From a phage, in sequence record PZ019086.1: DNA of 64,000 nucleotides; one strand, written 5' to 3'. Of this stretch, positions 10,035-19,976 are shown piece after piece. The first letter of the stretch is position 1. Each line of letters begins with the position of its first letter. The notes beneath the pieces are model-generated. The model ran no database searches. It saw only the letters and a list, made by a program, of their open reading frames with translations, and was not told the DNA's origin. The position numbers were made by a program, and so were the translations under genes.

Positions 10035-11715
10035 TCTTAGCTAAACTAAATCTACCAACTTTTTCCATTTGAATGTGCTGACCATATTCCTGTGGGTCAT
10101 GGTCTTTATGCGAAATTATGAAGAAGTTGGTATCCTTCAAACCATCTAAAATTTTAGCCACATTTTTAATACCTTCAGCATCAAATGCACCGTCATATAC
10201 TTCATCAAGAAATAAACAACTTATTTTAACACCTGAAACTTTTTCAGCAATATCACGCCAAGTAAATAAAAGAGCAATATCAATTCGCGCTTTTTCACCT
10301 TGACTAAATGAAGCATAACTAAAATCTTCACGACCACGGGATTTAATTGTCTCATTAAATTCTTCATCTAATGTAAACACATAATCCGCTTCCATTATTT
10401 TAAGATAATGGTTAATCTGCTTATTAAATAATGGAATGTACTTTTTAATAATAGCACCTTTAATACCAGAATCTTTGAGCATATCAGTCAAAATTCCTCT
10501 ATGGTATTTTTCCATTACTAAATTAGTTTTTGTCTTAACAATTTTATCAAGTTCTTCTTGAAGCAGTGCTATTTCATCAGCATGATCAATAAACTCAGAT
10601 GATGCTTTTTCTATAGCCGCTTTAACCTTTTTAGCTTTATCTACCGTCGTGATTAGAGATTGCTTTTTATTGCGAATATCATTCGCCAACGTCTGCTGGG
10701 TTTTAATATTATCTCGGTATTCATCAACAAGAACTTTTAAATTATCACGATGTGTTGAAAGCTGTTCAAATGAATGCGTGCATTCAGAAACTTTATCTTT
10801 AATTTTAGAAACAACTTTATCACCGGAACTTAATTGTGACAAACAGGTTGGACATAATCCACCTTCGTGATACATATTAATGACTTTATTATACGAGTCA
10901 ATTTTTGATTTAATTAAAAATGCTTCTTGACCGATTTTATCAAATGCATCAGTCGGGTCTTCATCCAAAACAATATTAACTAATCTTTCATTAGCTTCTT
11001 CTATTTCCGATTTTAACGTTCTAGCTTCTTTTGCCAAATCATCATACATATTCTGCAGACGAGTAAGGTTATCACCAGTTAATTTTTTCTGGCGTTCAAC
11101 GTTATCATTATATATTTTAATTTGTTGGATAATACTATCTTTTTTAACATCAAGCACTTGGTTTTGTGAATTTAATTCACGTATTAGTGCTTTATTAAGC
11201 TTATCCATTTCAGCTAATGTTCCTACCTCAAGCAGGTCTTCCACAAGCTTTCTTCGCGCAGGGGTCGACAAACCCATGAAAGGGGTATACCCTGCTGTAC
11301 CAAGGACAACAATCTGCTTGAAACTGGCATATGACATTCCGATAAGCTGTTCAAATTCTGCTTGGAAATCTTTACTGCTGGCAGATTCATTAAGACGTGT
11401 ACCGTTAACGGTGATTTCGAAAACGTTTGGTTTTTGTCCTCTTTTGATATAGTACTTTTTCTCATCATATTCCATCCACAGTTCAACTAAAAGTTCTTTC
11501 TTATTTGTGCTGTTTATTAATTGGCCTTTCTTTACATCACGGAATGGCTTGCCAAAAAGCCCAAATGTGATGGCTTCTAACATAGTAGACTTACCACCAC
11601 CATTTCGCCCAGTAATAAGAGTTTTTTGAACCTTATCTAATTGAATGTCAACTCCATTTTGACCAACTGACATTATATTTTTATATTTTACTCTATTAAG
11701 TTTAAATGATTTCAT
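10027..11715 (-). CDS. 46: Recombination endonuclease subunit (Rad50/SbcC-like ATPase)
   Basis: 562 aa; Walker A GRNGGGKST, long coiled coil with CPTC zinc hook, C-terminal signature/Walker B. Confidence 0.9.
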   Translation of the reverse strand: MKSFKLNRVKYKNIMSVGQNGVDIQLDKVQKTLITGRNGGGKSTMLEAITFGLFGKPFRDVKKGQLINSTNKKELLVELWMEYDEKKYYIKRGQKPNVFEITVNGTRLNESASSKDFQAEFEQLIGMSYASFKQIVVLGTAGYTPFMGLSTPARRKLVEDLLEVGTLAEMDKLNKALIRELNSQNQVLDVKKDSIIQQIKIYNDNVERQKKLTGDNLTRLQNMYDDLAKEARTLKSEIEEANERLVNIVLDEDPTDAFDKIGQEAFLIKSKIDSYNKVINMYHEGGLCPTCLSQLSSGDKVVSKIKDKVSECTHSFEQLSTHRDNLKVLVDEYRDNIKTQQTLANDIRNKKQSLITTVDKAKKVKAAIEKASSEFIDHADEIALLQEELDKIVKTKTNLVMEKYHRGILTDMLKDSGIKGAIIKKYIPLFNKQINHYLKIMEADYVFTLDEEFNETIKSRGREDFSYASFSQGEKARIDIALLFTWRDIAEKVSGVKISCLFLDEVYDGAFDAEGIKNVAKILDGLKDTNFFIISHKDHDPQEYGQHIQMEKVGRFSLAKIS

Positions 11716-11730
11716 TTTGTATCCAATTGT

Positions 11731-12585
11731 TCACAATGAAGAAAATTCTTTAACTAAAGCCTGTAATGAAGCCTCTATTGGATATCCATTCTTAACTAAC
11801 ATTTTCCTAAACATCACATGTTTAGGACGATTATATGATATCCACAATTCATACAATTTATCTTTATTATCCCAATGATAGCCTTTTCGTCGAGATGCTA
11901 TATGAGCTTTTCTAATCTCCGGATTTTTCCAACTAGCGGCTACTGAATTTGATATAGCTATTTTATATTCAGGTTTTGATAAAGCAACACGAACAGCCTT
12001 TTGGTGTTTAATTTTATTTTCTTCGTTATTAAACCATTCCCTTGAAGCCATTGAAATTTTTTGTTTTGTTTTAAAATTATTTAATCTTTCTTTGTTATCT
12101 TTCCTATTTTTTGCTACTGAAAAGTATTTTAATGCTCTTTCTCTAGCAGCATTTCTATTTTGTGGATTTGAATAATATTGTTGAAGCCTTTTTGATATTG
12201 TGTCACTTACATCTTGTTTTATAAAACTATATTCAGCAGCTATTAAATCAACTTCGGCTAAAGATAAATTTTTATATGTTTTTCCTGACATCATTCTATT
12301 TAAAGCATTTAGCATTTTTCCATTTTTACCTTTTGCTAATAAGAAATGTGCTTTAAAATGATTAAAATGACTTAAATTAACTAAATTCCATGTAGATTTT
12401 AAATATTCAGGAAATATTGATTTAGGAAGCACATGGTGTGCTTCCGTTTTACCTGGAGTTTTAACAGTTGAATTCATAGAAATAAAATTAATGTAAGACT
12501 TGGCGTCTTCTTCACTCAACGCTAATTTTTCAACTAATTCCTTTATTAAAAATTCATCATTAATGTCAAGTTTAAAATTCTTCAC
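11731..12585 (-). CDS. HNH-family endonuclease-like protein (second mob-like gene), apparent GTG start
   Basis: 284 aa; HNH motif EAHHVLPKS...NLVNLSHFNHFKAH; basic repetitive C-terminal region; inserted immediately upstream of 46. Confidence 0.65.
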   Translation of the reverse strand: MKNFKLDINDEFLIKELVEKLALSEEDAKSYINFISMNSTVKTPGKTEAHHVLPKSIFPEYLKSTWNLVNLSHFNHFKAHFLLAKGKNGKMLNALNRMMSGKTYKNLSLAEVDLIAAEYSFIKQDVSDTISKRLQQYYSNPQNRNAARERALKYFSVAKNRKDNKERLNNFKTKQKISMASREWFNNEENKIKHQKAVRVALSKPEYKIAISNSVAASWKNPEIRKAHIASRRKGYHWDNKDKLYELWISYNRPKHVMFRKMLVKNGYPIEASLQALVKEFSSL

Positions 12586-12845
12586 AAAAGATTCCTTTTA
12601 ATGTATCTTTTAGACCATTCTATCATATCATCATAATCTAAAAAGTATTCATCAAATTCAGCCATGCAAACAACACCTTGTGCTGCTTTTGATGTGATAT
12701 AAATTATTCCAACATATCTAGAATCTTCTTCGGTGTAATCAATATTTGCTACGAATTCATCGTTAATGTCAAATGTCGAAAACTTCACAGTATGCATCCT
12801 TAATACAAGATACAGCCATATCTTGTAATGATTTAGGTGTGTCAT
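12582..12845 (-). CDS. Hypothetical protein (46.1/46.2 region); start uncertain
   Basis: 87-aa ORF overlapping the next ORF by 77 nt; real start may be internal. Confidence 0.4.
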   Translation of the reverse strand: MTHLNHYKIWLYLVLRMHTVKFSTFDINDEFVANIDYTEEDSRYVGIIYITSKAAQGVVCMAEFDEYFLDYDDMIEWSKRYIKRNLL

Positions 12846-13032
12846 TATCTAAAATGTTGAAGTTAAAAGATACAGCCCAGTCAGTGCAGACCGTGACCTT
12901 TTTAATACAATTATCTTCAACCTCTAGCGGTTCAAACCAATATTCAATAATTTCTTTATGCCCAATATCATCTTTTACTTCGCATTCAAAATGCTGACTC
13001 ATCATAACATTTTTAAATTCATCAAAAGTCAT
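12769..13032 (-). CDS. Hypothetical protein (46.2 position)
   Basis: 87-aa ORF with ATG start overlapping the stop of 47. Confidence 0.5.
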   Translation of the reverse strand: MTFDEFKNVMMSQHFECEVKDDIGHKEIIEYWFEPLEVEDNCIKKVTVCTDWAVSFNFNILDNDTPKSLQDMAVSCIKDAYCEVFDI

Positions 13033-14048
13033 TGTGTTGCCTCTACATATAACTGATTTGCATATTGAATAAGTGCTTCGCGGTCAGAATCAGTGATGTC
13101 TGGAATTGCATTAATGTATTCTTCCATCAACGTCTGAAGAGATTGAACTTCAACTTCTTCACTATCATCTGACTCGACAGAGTTATCAATCTTTGACACA
13201 ACTCGTAATGAATGCACAACTTTTTCTAGTTCAGATTCGAACTTCGTTAGATTTTTGTCTACTTCAGTTACTATAACACGCACTGATAGATTTGTAAAAT
13301 CTTTATAGTCAATTTTTCCCTTAAATGGATATTGAATTCGACGATGCCAGGTAGTGTTGTTTGGAATAAATTCCATTCGTTCTGTTTCTGTATCAAACAT
13401 CCAGAACCCGCGAGGGTCATTCTCGTCACCTGCAGTTAATGTCCATGGTGTCCCAATATATTTGACGTTAGCAGCCTCAGAGATAGTATGGAAGTGACCA
13501 GACCACACCTCTTTATAAGTCTTAAGGAAATCAGGTTCAAGACCGTGAGATTTCATTCCTTTATAAAAATAAAATCCATTCAGTTCCCAGTGACCAACAC
13601 AAAAAGAAGCAGATGAAGTTTTGATGTGTTCAAGAATTTCACCAGTATTTTCTTCACACATCCAAGGAATTAAATCAATCAAACATCCGTCAAAATCTAC
13701 TGTAGTAGGCTTATCATATACTTTAACATTAGGATATTTAGCCAGAAGCTCAGTAGAAGCATTTGGATGCATTACATTTTTGTAGTGGAGATCGTGATTT
13801 CCTACAATAGTATGTAATGTGATTCCAGCACCATCAAGCATTTGAACTATTTCACGGGCAAACTCCATAGTTTTATGCGTGATCGCTTTTCGTACATCAA
13901 AAATATCACCGTATTGAATCCATACCGTAATTCCATTTTTCTTAGAATATTCTATCGCTTGCTTAATTCCATCAATTTGAATACCGCGAATCCACTCATC
14001 ATCAGCTTTAACACCTAAATGCCAATCACCTAAATTTAAAATTTTCAT
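13029..14048 (-). CDS. 47: Recombination endonuclease subunit (Mre11/SbcD-like phosphoesterase)
   Basis: 339 aa; calcineurin-like motifs (DWHLG, GNHD, GHFH). Confidence 0.9.
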   Translation of the reverse strand: MKILNLGDWHLGVKADDEWIRGIQIDGIKQAIEYSKKNGITVWIQYGDIFDVRKAITHKTMEFAREIVQMLDGAGITLHTIVGNHDLHYKNVMHPNASTELLAKYPNVKVYDKPTTVDFDGCLIDLIPWMCEENTGEILEHIKTSSASFCVGHWELNGFYFYKGMKSHGLEPDFLKTYKEVWSGHFHTISEAANVKYIGTPWTLTAGDENDPRGFWMFDTETERMEFIPNNTTWHRRIQYPFKGKIDYKDFTNLSVRVIVTEVDKNLTKFESELEKVVHSLRVVSKIDNSVESDDSEEVEVQSLQTLMEEYINAIPDITDSDREALIQYANQLYVEATQ

Positions 14049-14185
14049 ATATCAAGAACCGTCATTGAAATGCAAAATAAAATTATTGAAATAAATCCAT
14101 CTGGAGTGCTAAAAAACCCAATCCAACATGCTCTAGTGAATAGATAAAATGCGAGAAAAAGTATCACATATCCAAGAAATATCAT
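14045..14185 (-). CDS. Small hydrophobic peptide (46 aa), not in ORF track
   Basis: ATG with GGAG RBS; stop overlaps the 47 start; translation MIFLGYVILFLAFYLF...; approximate. Confidence 0.35.
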   Translation of the reverse strand: MIFLGYVILFLAFYLFTRACWIGFFSTPDGFISIILFCISMTVLDI

Positions 14186-14208
14186 TATATCAAACTCCGT
14201 ATAAAGCT

Positions 14209-14226
14209 AAAGGGCCGAAGCCCTTT
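14209..14226 (-). terminator. UUCG-loop hairpin at the alpha-gt stop
   Basis: aaagggccgaagcccttt; approximate. Confidence 0.5.
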
Positions 14227-15427
14227 ATTTTGTAATAATGTCAAACTGTTCTTTAAAGCAGAAGCTTGAATCTTGATGCTGATACAAAAATTCATAAGCT
14301 TTTTCGCGTTCACGGTCATAAAGAGCTCGGTCAGATGACAGTTCTTTAATACGCTCAAATGTTGATTCCATGTCATTTTCATCAAACCAAACGATACCGC
14401 TATCGTGTGAAATTAACGGAGTATTATCAACACGGAATTTTAAATTTTCGCCAGTAGATTTCCAAAATACCGGAATTGTTCCACATGCACCAAGCTCGAG
14501 ATGAGTGTATTCTAAAGAACGCTGTAGATATTTTTTGTCCAACTTACTCAGCTGATAACCAAATCCGGATTTACTCATGCGTTCAAGCATTTCGCTATTT
14601 ACATAACGGTCGAGAATTTGCGTTGGCAAATTAGGAGCAATTTTAATTTGGTCTACTTGATGAAGACGATAATACTCGTATGGAATTCCTTTTTCTTTAA
14701 TAGGAATGAACGCTGGAGAACGTTCCAGACCTTCCATAATAGTACTTAGTCCTGCAGGTTTAAGATGTTTTTCGTGAAAATCAAACATCTGATAAAAACC
14801 TTTCCATGTAGTCGTACGACCAATCCAACGGTTGATATTCATGTTAATTTCAGAAACATCTTTCCAGTAGGTTGATCGAACCTTCGCAATATCCATAGGA
14901 GGCTGAAAGTTATATACGGTCGGTGCTTCTTCAATATCATCAAACAGAGAAACAGTTTCCGGATACCATTCTTTCATCAAAACTTTATTAAAGTCACCAT
15001 TATCAGAATGGCTAAAAATAACATCAGCTCGACGAACAGTTTCTTCTAATCCCAAATTTCGACGCAAAGAAAGAGAAGAATGGTCATGCTGATAAACTAC
15101 AACACGAACCGAAGGTTTAATGTTATCAATAATTTTTTTATAGTTATTAATTGTGTCTTCTTCGACTGAAGTAGCAGGAACTGAATTGATAACTAGAATA
15201 TCACAATCATTTACCAGCTTAAGCGTTTTATCGTATTCTTTTGCCAATAAAACCGGAATTGAAAATGATTTATAATCATGCGCGCAATTACGAGTAAATG
15301 ATTTATCTTTAGCATAAACCAAAGTTACTTCATGACCATTTTTAATAAACCAATCACGCTGCTCAAGAGAAAATTTAGTTACACCGCAACCTTCAAGACC
15401 TCGAGCCATAAAAATACATACTTTCAT
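14225..15427 (-). CDS. agt: DNA alpha-glucosyltransferase
   Basis: 400 aa; N-terminus MKVCIFMARGLEGCGVTKFSLEQRDWFIKNGHEVTLVYAKDKSF matches T4 AGT closely from memory. Confidence 0.9.
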   Translation of the reverse strand: MKVCIFMARGLEGCGVTKFSLEQRDWFIKNGHEVTLVYAKDKSFTRNCAHDYKSFSIPVLLAKEYDKTLKLVNDCDILVINSVPATSVEEDTINNYKKIIDNIKPSVRVVVYQHDHSSLSLRRNLGLEETVRRADVIFSHSDNGDFNKVLMKEWYPETVSLFDDIEEAPTVYNFQPPMDIAKVRSTYWKDVSEINMNINRWIGRTTTWKGFYQMFDFHEKHLKPAGLSTIMEGLERSPAFIPIKEKGIPYEYYRLHQVDQIKIAPNLPTQILDRYVNSEMLERMSKSGFGYQLSKLDKKYLQRSLEYTHLELGACGTIPVFWKSTGENLKFRVDNTPLISHDSGIVWFDENDMESTFERIKELSSDRALYDREREKAYEFLYQHQDSSFCFKEQFDIITK

Positions 15428-15476
15428 TTAATATCCTCATTGTTTTGGTTTATTTTACCAAAAATTTATAAAGCAA

Positions 15477-15498
15477 TATAGGAGCCGAAGCTCCTATC
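15477..15498 (-). terminator. UUCG-loop hairpin
   Basis: ataggagccgaagctcctat; approximate. Confidence 0.45.
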
Positions 15499-15685
15499 CG
15501 CATAATACGCCATACAAAGGCTCGTTAGAGCTTCTAAATTTTATGCGCTTATATGTTATAGTTCCTTCTGCTTTAGCTTTATCGTGAGCCTCTTTAAAGC
15601 GTCTCATCATTTCTACTTTAGAGGAACGAATTTTGTTATAATCTATTTCACAAGTCTGGCGTTCATCTTTCACAGTTGCCACCAT
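15494..15685 (-). CDS. Hypothetical small protein
   Basis: 63-aa ORF in minus-strand operon between alpha-gt and 55. Confidence 0.4.
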   Translation of the reverse strand: MVATVKDERQTCEIDYNKIRSSKVEMMRRFKEAHDKAKAEGTITYKRIKFRSSNEPLYGVLCG

Positions 15686-15876
15686 TTTTTGACTTGATAA
15701 GAATCAACCCACACTTTCATGTTAGGGTCTGCTCTTACAATAGGAGGATTAACTTCTTTAATTGAACTATCATGGTATTCTTTTTCAGAAATTTTCACAC
15801 AAAGATGACCATTCAAAGATTCAGTAAATCCTGCATTAATTTTAAGACGCTTGAATTTTACGTGTGTAAGCATCAA
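15670..15876 (-). CDS. Hypothetical small protein
   Basis: 68-aa ORF, operon context. Confidence 0.4.
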   Translation of the reverse strand: MMLTHVKFKRLKINAGFTESLNGHLCVKISEKEYHDSSIKEVNPPIVRADPNMKVWVDSYQVKKWWQL

Positions 15877-16159
15877 TCATATCCTCAATCTGCGATCTAG
15901 TAGTCTTCCAAAGAATACTAATGAGTTCATCGTTATATGGCTGTTTTAGAATATCCCGACTTTTCTTGATAGCATATTCGTATTGAGCAAAATTATTGTT
16001 TTCAGCTGCAATCTGAGCGTGCTTATAAAGACGGTTCAGTTCGCGTTTATTTTTAGACAATAACTTATTTGCTTTTCTTTCTGCTTCAAGACGGTTCTTT
16101 TCTTCAATAGAAGAAATAAGCTTTTCCACTTCATCATTAATTTCGGGTTTATCAGTCAT
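15842..16159 (-). CDS. Hypothetical coiled-coil protein
   Basis: 105-aa ORF, operon context. Confidence 0.5.
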   Translation of the reverse strand: MTDKPEINDEVEKLISSIEEKNRLEAERKANKLLSKNKRELNRLYKHAQIAAENNNFAQYEYAIKKSRDILKQPYNDELISILWKTTRSQIEDMIDAYTRKIQAS

Positions 16160-16160
16160 A

Positions 16161-16379
16161 TTATTTCTCTAATATAAAATAAAAATCATCATCTGTTAAA
16201 TGATACCGATAGTTTAATTCTACACCATTAGATTTAAAAGCGGTATCATACGGATTTTCTGGATCAATATCAATGTCAAGAGCTAAAACTTCCCTGAGAT
16301 ACATTTTAAGTAAATAGGGAATAGCTTCAACTTCAGGTATTTCTTCCAAGAATCCGGAGAGGTTAATCGTTAGCCTCAT
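16161..16379 (-). CDS. Hypothetical small protein
   Basis: 72-aa ORF abutting gene 55. Confidence 0.5.
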
Positions 16380-16920
16380 ATAAAAAATCCAAACTAGGAG
16401 AATCGTCTACAACACTTTTCTTTTCAGCCCCTGGTGTTCTATAGGTTGATTCTTCGTAATGCGTCATTTTATCATAGATGTCTTGAATAAAAGTTTCATC
16501 TACTAACGCAACCATATCGTCGTCACGACTGTCATAGACATTGTGAACGAAGTAACTATATTTCTTTGCAACTTCCTTACGTTCTTTTTTAATACGTTGG
16601 ACGAATGCATTAAAACAAGCTTGAGTTATATATGCATGTGGGTTTTTATATTTCGTTTCATCAAAATTATGAAGCCCCTTAATAGAAGCTTCTATACCAT
16701 CTGCAATCATTTCTTGTTTCCAGGATTGGGTGTATCCTGAAAAGTTGAAACGTTTAGATAAGCCTTCTGCAATAAGCATAATGGCCAATCCGATAGTATC
16801 ATTCTGACGAACTACTTTATTTGGGTCTTTATTATTTGCTAATTCTGTTTTCCAATCAATAATAGCTTGTAAAAGCTCTTTATTGTTTACGTAATTATAT
16901 TTAGGCTTAGTTTCTGACAT
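16363..16920 (-). CDS. 55: Late-transcription sigma factor gp55
   Basis: Start moved from track GTG to ATG at 16920 ([21 protein letters not shown]..., 185 aa as T4 gp55). Confidence 0.9.
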
Positions 16921-17002
16921 TTTCACCTCTTAGCTCAATTCATAGATCTATTATATCATAATATTTGAAGATCTATCTTAAAGCATAGAGGATGAATCAA
17001 TT

Positions 17003-17218
17003 TCACGCATTCATTAAGTTAGCCGCTTCAAGAGCTGCATCTAACGAATCAAACTGGTCAACGTATTCAATCAATTCGCCATAATTAGCATATAACCACC
17101 ATTGGCTAAATTCATACTCAAGGATGAATCCATTTCCTTCAATTTGAGTTAAACCAATGCCGTTTGTATTTACTTCATATCCAGCAAGACGTAAATCGTT
17201 AATAAGAGCTTCGTTCAT
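17003..17218 (-). CDS. Hypothetical small acidic protein (55.x)
   Basis: 71-aa ORF. Confidence 0.5.
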   Translation of the reverse strand: MNEALINDLRLAGYEVNTNGIGLTQIEGNGFILEYEFSQWWLYANYGELIEYVDQFDSLDAALEAANLMNA

Positions 17219-17220
17219 AA

Positions 17221-17547
17221 TTATGCCTTAGTAATTTTCAGGTCAGCAAATTTTTTCTTGCGTTGATTTTTCATACGACGAATAGTTTTATCGGAAATTT
17301 CATGCTTTTGATAAGCTTTAGATTCTACACCAAAAGCTTTAACATCAAATTCTGACAAGATATATTGAACCAACAATTCACGGACAGTATTGCGTCCAAT
17401 CTTCTGATCATTCTGTTTCATCGTCTGATGAAGCTCTTTTTCCCATTTATCCAAAATTTGAGGAGTTACAATATCGCCTTTTTCTAGCAAAGAAACTACT
17501 TTATCATATGCGTAAGAATTGATGGCGTTTTTAATTTGAATAGTCAT
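17221..17547 (-). CDS. Hypothetical protein (55.x)
   Basis: 108-aa ORF. Confidence 0.55.
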   Translation of the reverse strand: MTIQIKNAINSYAYDKVVSLLEKGDIVTPQILDKWEKELHQTMKQNDQKIGRNTVRELLVQYILSEFDVKAFGVESKAYQKHEISDKTIRRMKNQRKKKFADLKITKA

Positions 17548-17583
17548 ACATTATCCTCAATTACATTAAAATTTTATTATCCA

Positions 17584-17600
17584 AAAGGGCCGAAGCCCTT
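17584..17600 (-). terminator. UUCG-loop hairpin
   Basis: aaaagggccgaagccctt; approximate. Confidence 0.5.
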
Positions 17601-17799
17601 AGCTAAATTTTTTGGCACCCTTCCAGCCTTCGTACATCATTGCAGCTGATATTAATATTGCTCCTGCGCATTTTGAATATTTGTGATTCCAAAACCAGTT
17701 TAGAAAAACTTCGTCATCAATACCTTGGGCTATCATATTTTCAAAGAACTGACGACGAGCTTCAGCAATTCGTTGCGATAATTTAGATTCAGGATTCAT
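17599..17799 (-). CDS. Hypothetical small protein
   Basis: 66-aa ORF. Confidence 0.45.
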   Translation of the reverse strand: MNPESKLSQRIAEARRQFFENMIAQGIDDEVFLNWFWNHKYSKCAGAILISAAMMYEGWKGAKKFS

Positions 17800-18015
17800 T
17801 TAAATTTTCCAGTTACCATTTTCATCAATAAATTTAATCCAGTCATTTACTGACCACTTGGTCGTATCGCCTTTTGGAGCAACATTTAAAGTGTATAATC
17901 CTTGTTTAAAAAGCATGCGTTTGATATTCATATTTTCCTCAGCTGTAACGATAGCACTCGTTTGATTTACGCTTAGCAACTCGTTGAGAAGTATTGTAAT
18001 CAAAATCATCGTCAA
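17800..18015 (-). CDS. Hypothetical small protein
   Basis: 71-aa ORF. Confidence 0.45.
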   Translation of the reverse strand: MTMILITILLNELLSVNQTSAIVTAEENMNIKRMLFKQGLYTLNVAPKGDTTKWSVNDWIKFIDENGNWKI

Positions 18016-18232
18016 TGTAAACTGATTTTTTCAACTTTCTTACTTCACCACGCAATTGACGATTTAGCTCATCTTTAACTTCTGAATCAATGCCTTTCAT
18101 TCTACGCCATTTATCTGAACGAAAAATGTTTTCAACCATATCTTTATGACTTACACCATCAGGAGCTTTACGCTTTCCGAAATAGTCATAATCACGAACT
18201 TTCAAGTCTTTACGACGATACGTTTTACCCAT
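17939..18232 (-). CDS. Hypothetical basic protein; start set to internal ATG
   Basis: Track ORF 17939..18271; in-frame ATG (MGKTYRRK...) at 18232 reduces overlap with upstream gene. Confidence 0.45.
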   Translation of the reverse strand: MGKTYRRKDLKVRDYDYFGKRKAPDGVSHKDMVENIFRSDKWRRMKGIDSEVKDELNRQLRGEVRKLKKSVYIDDDFDYNTSQRVAKRKSNECYRYS

Positions 18233-18407
18233 GGAGTTTAATTTCCTTAGCAACTGAACTAAATACAGCACGATCGCAAATCATCTGTTTATGTAACTTG
18301 AGTATAAGATAATAAACTTCAAAACCGTTTACATAAGTAACACGAACAACATTACCATTAATAAAATAATATTGTCCCTTTTTAATTTCTTTATCAACCA
18401 CAACCAT
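18225..18407 (-). CDS. Hypothetical small protein
   Basis: 60-aa ORF immediately downstream of an early promoter. Confidence 0.5.
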   Translation of the reverse strand: MVVVDKEIKKGQYYFINGNVVRVTYVNGFEVYYLILKLHKQMICDRAVFSSVAKEIKLHG

Positions 18408-18433
18408 ATCAAATCCTCAAAGGCAATTCATGT

Positions 18434-18470
18434 GTTAATAATACCACAGTTTGAACTTCTTGTAAACAAC
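18434..18470 (-). promoter_or_regulatory. T4-type early promoter
   Basis: Plus strand taataataccaca...tgtaaacaactttgtgaaaa; same conserved element as the others; approximate. Confidence 0.55.
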
Positions 18471-18548
18471 TTTGTGAAAATTATTTTAGGGAACGATAAG
18501 AAGGGAACGATAGCTTAGAATGGTAATATACAGAATGCGAGAAAGAAA

Positions 18549-18565
18549 GGCCCAGAGGGCCCGTC
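18549..18565 (-). terminator. Hairpin after nrdH
   Basis: aggcccagagggccc inverted repeat; approximate. Confidence 0.45.
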
Positions 18566-18889
18566 TTAGTCTTCTATGATATCTCTATCATATCCAAGTG
18601 AAATGAGAGTTTCTTTGAAGTGTTTAATGTTCTTTTGTCTAGAATCATTAATGAAAATGACTGGATAACGAATGTTAAGAGATGTGAATCCAGCGCGTTT
18701 AGCAAGAGATACAATCAGTGGGCGATCATACTCAATCTTACCATTATTTGTAAGAACTTTATAGAAAGTAAAAGGAGCATTGAGCTCCTTTAGAAGTTTT
18801 GTAACTGATTGACATCCAGGACAACGACCTACTTCATCTGGAATTCCATAGACTTCAATCTTATTCTTTAAGTTCGAGTTTTGTTCCAC
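18566..18889 (-). CDS. nrdH: Glutaredoxin-like NrdH
   Basis: CPGCQ redox motif; no in-frame ATG after the upstream ORF stop, so start tentatively placed at GTG (18889) with AAGGA RBS; the track ORF extends to 19018. Confidence 0.6.
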   Translation of the reverse strand: MEQNSNLKNKIEVYGIPDEVGRCPGCQSVTKLLKELNAPFTFYKVLTNNGKIEYDRPLIVSLAKRAGFTSLNIRYPVIFINDSRQKNIKHFKETLISLGYDRDIIED

Positions 18890-19172
18890 GAGAAATAATT
18901 CCTTGATAAGCCCAGTATGGCGGGTTAACAGAATCATCGCCAGAATTTTCTTCAGGAAAATAAACCTGGATAACAAATCCAGATGCATCAAAGGTAAAAT
19001 AAACCGTAGGTAATTCACCTAACAATTCAGCGCGGTTATTAATTTCTTCAAGTTCTCGTTCTCGTCCAGCCCAAAAACTAGGATTTAGACTACATTCATA
19101 GAAATAATAGTCATTACCGAACATATCAAAACCCTTCCAACTCTCTACCACATACCGCTCAAAACTAATCAT
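18861..19172 (-). CDS. Hypothetical protein
   Basis: 103-aa ORF with ATG start between nrdG and nrdH. Confidence 0.5.
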   Translation of the reverse strand: MISFERYVVESWKGFDMFGNDYYFYECSLNPSFWAGRERELEEINNRAELLGELPTVYFTFDASGFVIQVYFPEENSGDDSVNPPYWAYQGIISRGTKLELKE

Positions 19173-19174
19173 AA

Positions 19175-19390
19175 TTAAGCCTTTTTATCAAGAACAGCAT
19201 TCAGTTTGTTAGTAATTTTATCCAGACGCTCATTGAACTCGCTAGAAGATAGTCCTTTTTCTGGAGAAATTAAGCTAATCACGAAAAATATAGCAATAAA
19301 AGGAATAAGAAAAATAGCTCCAACTGCCATAAACAGAAAGAATGTTACAGTTGTAAGAAAATCAGCTAAACCTTTACGAAATTTATACAT
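19175..19390 (-). CDS. Small membrane protein
   Basis: 71 aa with one long hydrophobic helix. Confidence 0.5.
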   Translation of the reverse strand: MYKFRKGLADFLTTVTFFLFMAVGAIFLIPFIAIFFVISLISPEKGLSSSEFNERLDKITNKLNAVLDKKA

Positions 19391-19505
19391 ATTTTACCCT
19401 TAATTGATTAACCAAGCATTGATAAGCACTAAACTATATTGCGAATAAAATTCTGGACCAAAATGAAAAATCATATCATTTATAGTGTCCATAATATAAT
19501 TCAAT

Positions 19506-19976
19506 TTAATCATGTTTCCACACCCCATCGGTATTTGACCAAAGTCGCTGATTATCTGATCCTCGCCACAGCTTTTTGGTCGGAAGATTTTTCTCATACT
19601 TCCCATCAATAATAACATCAACATATTTAAGCATTTCTAGTTGTTTAATATCTTCAAACTTATATCCTGTCCACAACCAAATGCTTTTATTTGGATAAAG
19701 ATTTTTTACTGTTTGAACAATGCAATGAATAACATCTCGGTTATCAGGATAAAGAGGGTCACCTCCAGTTATAGTTAATCCTTCTATATAATCATTATTC
19801 AAACATTCAATTAATTGTTCTAGTGTTTCACCAGTAAATGGAACGCCATTTCTAGCATTCCATGTTGATTTATTATAACACCCTTCACATTTATGCAAAC
19901 AACCTGTAACGAAAAGAACGACCCTGCAACCAGGGCCATTCACAAAATCGCAAGGATAAAATCTATCATAATTCAT
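19506..19976 (-). CDS. nrdG: Anaerobic ribonucleotide reductase activating protein (radical SAM)
   Basis: 156 aa; CLHKCEGC radical-SAM cysteine cluster; overlaps nrdD stop. Confidence 0.9.
   Translation of the reverse strand: MNYDRFYPCDFVNGPGCRVVLFVTGCLHKCEGCYNKSTWNARNGVPFTGETLEQLIECLNNDYIEGLTITGGDPLYPDNRDVIHCIVQTVKNLYPNKSIWLWTGYKFEDIKQLEMLKYVDVIIDGKYEKNLPTKKLWRGSDNQRLWSNTDGVWKHD

Noticed and set aside
16930-16990. Possible promoter upstream of gene 55 (TATGATATAAT)
   Set aside because: A -10-like element is present but there is no matching -35 or MotA box at proper spacing; too weak to call.
19400-19624. Minus-strand 74-aa ORF overlapping nrdG
   Set aside because: Most of it is the nrdG 3' end read out of frame; only the short downstream part (about 19400..19513) could be a real micro-ORF.
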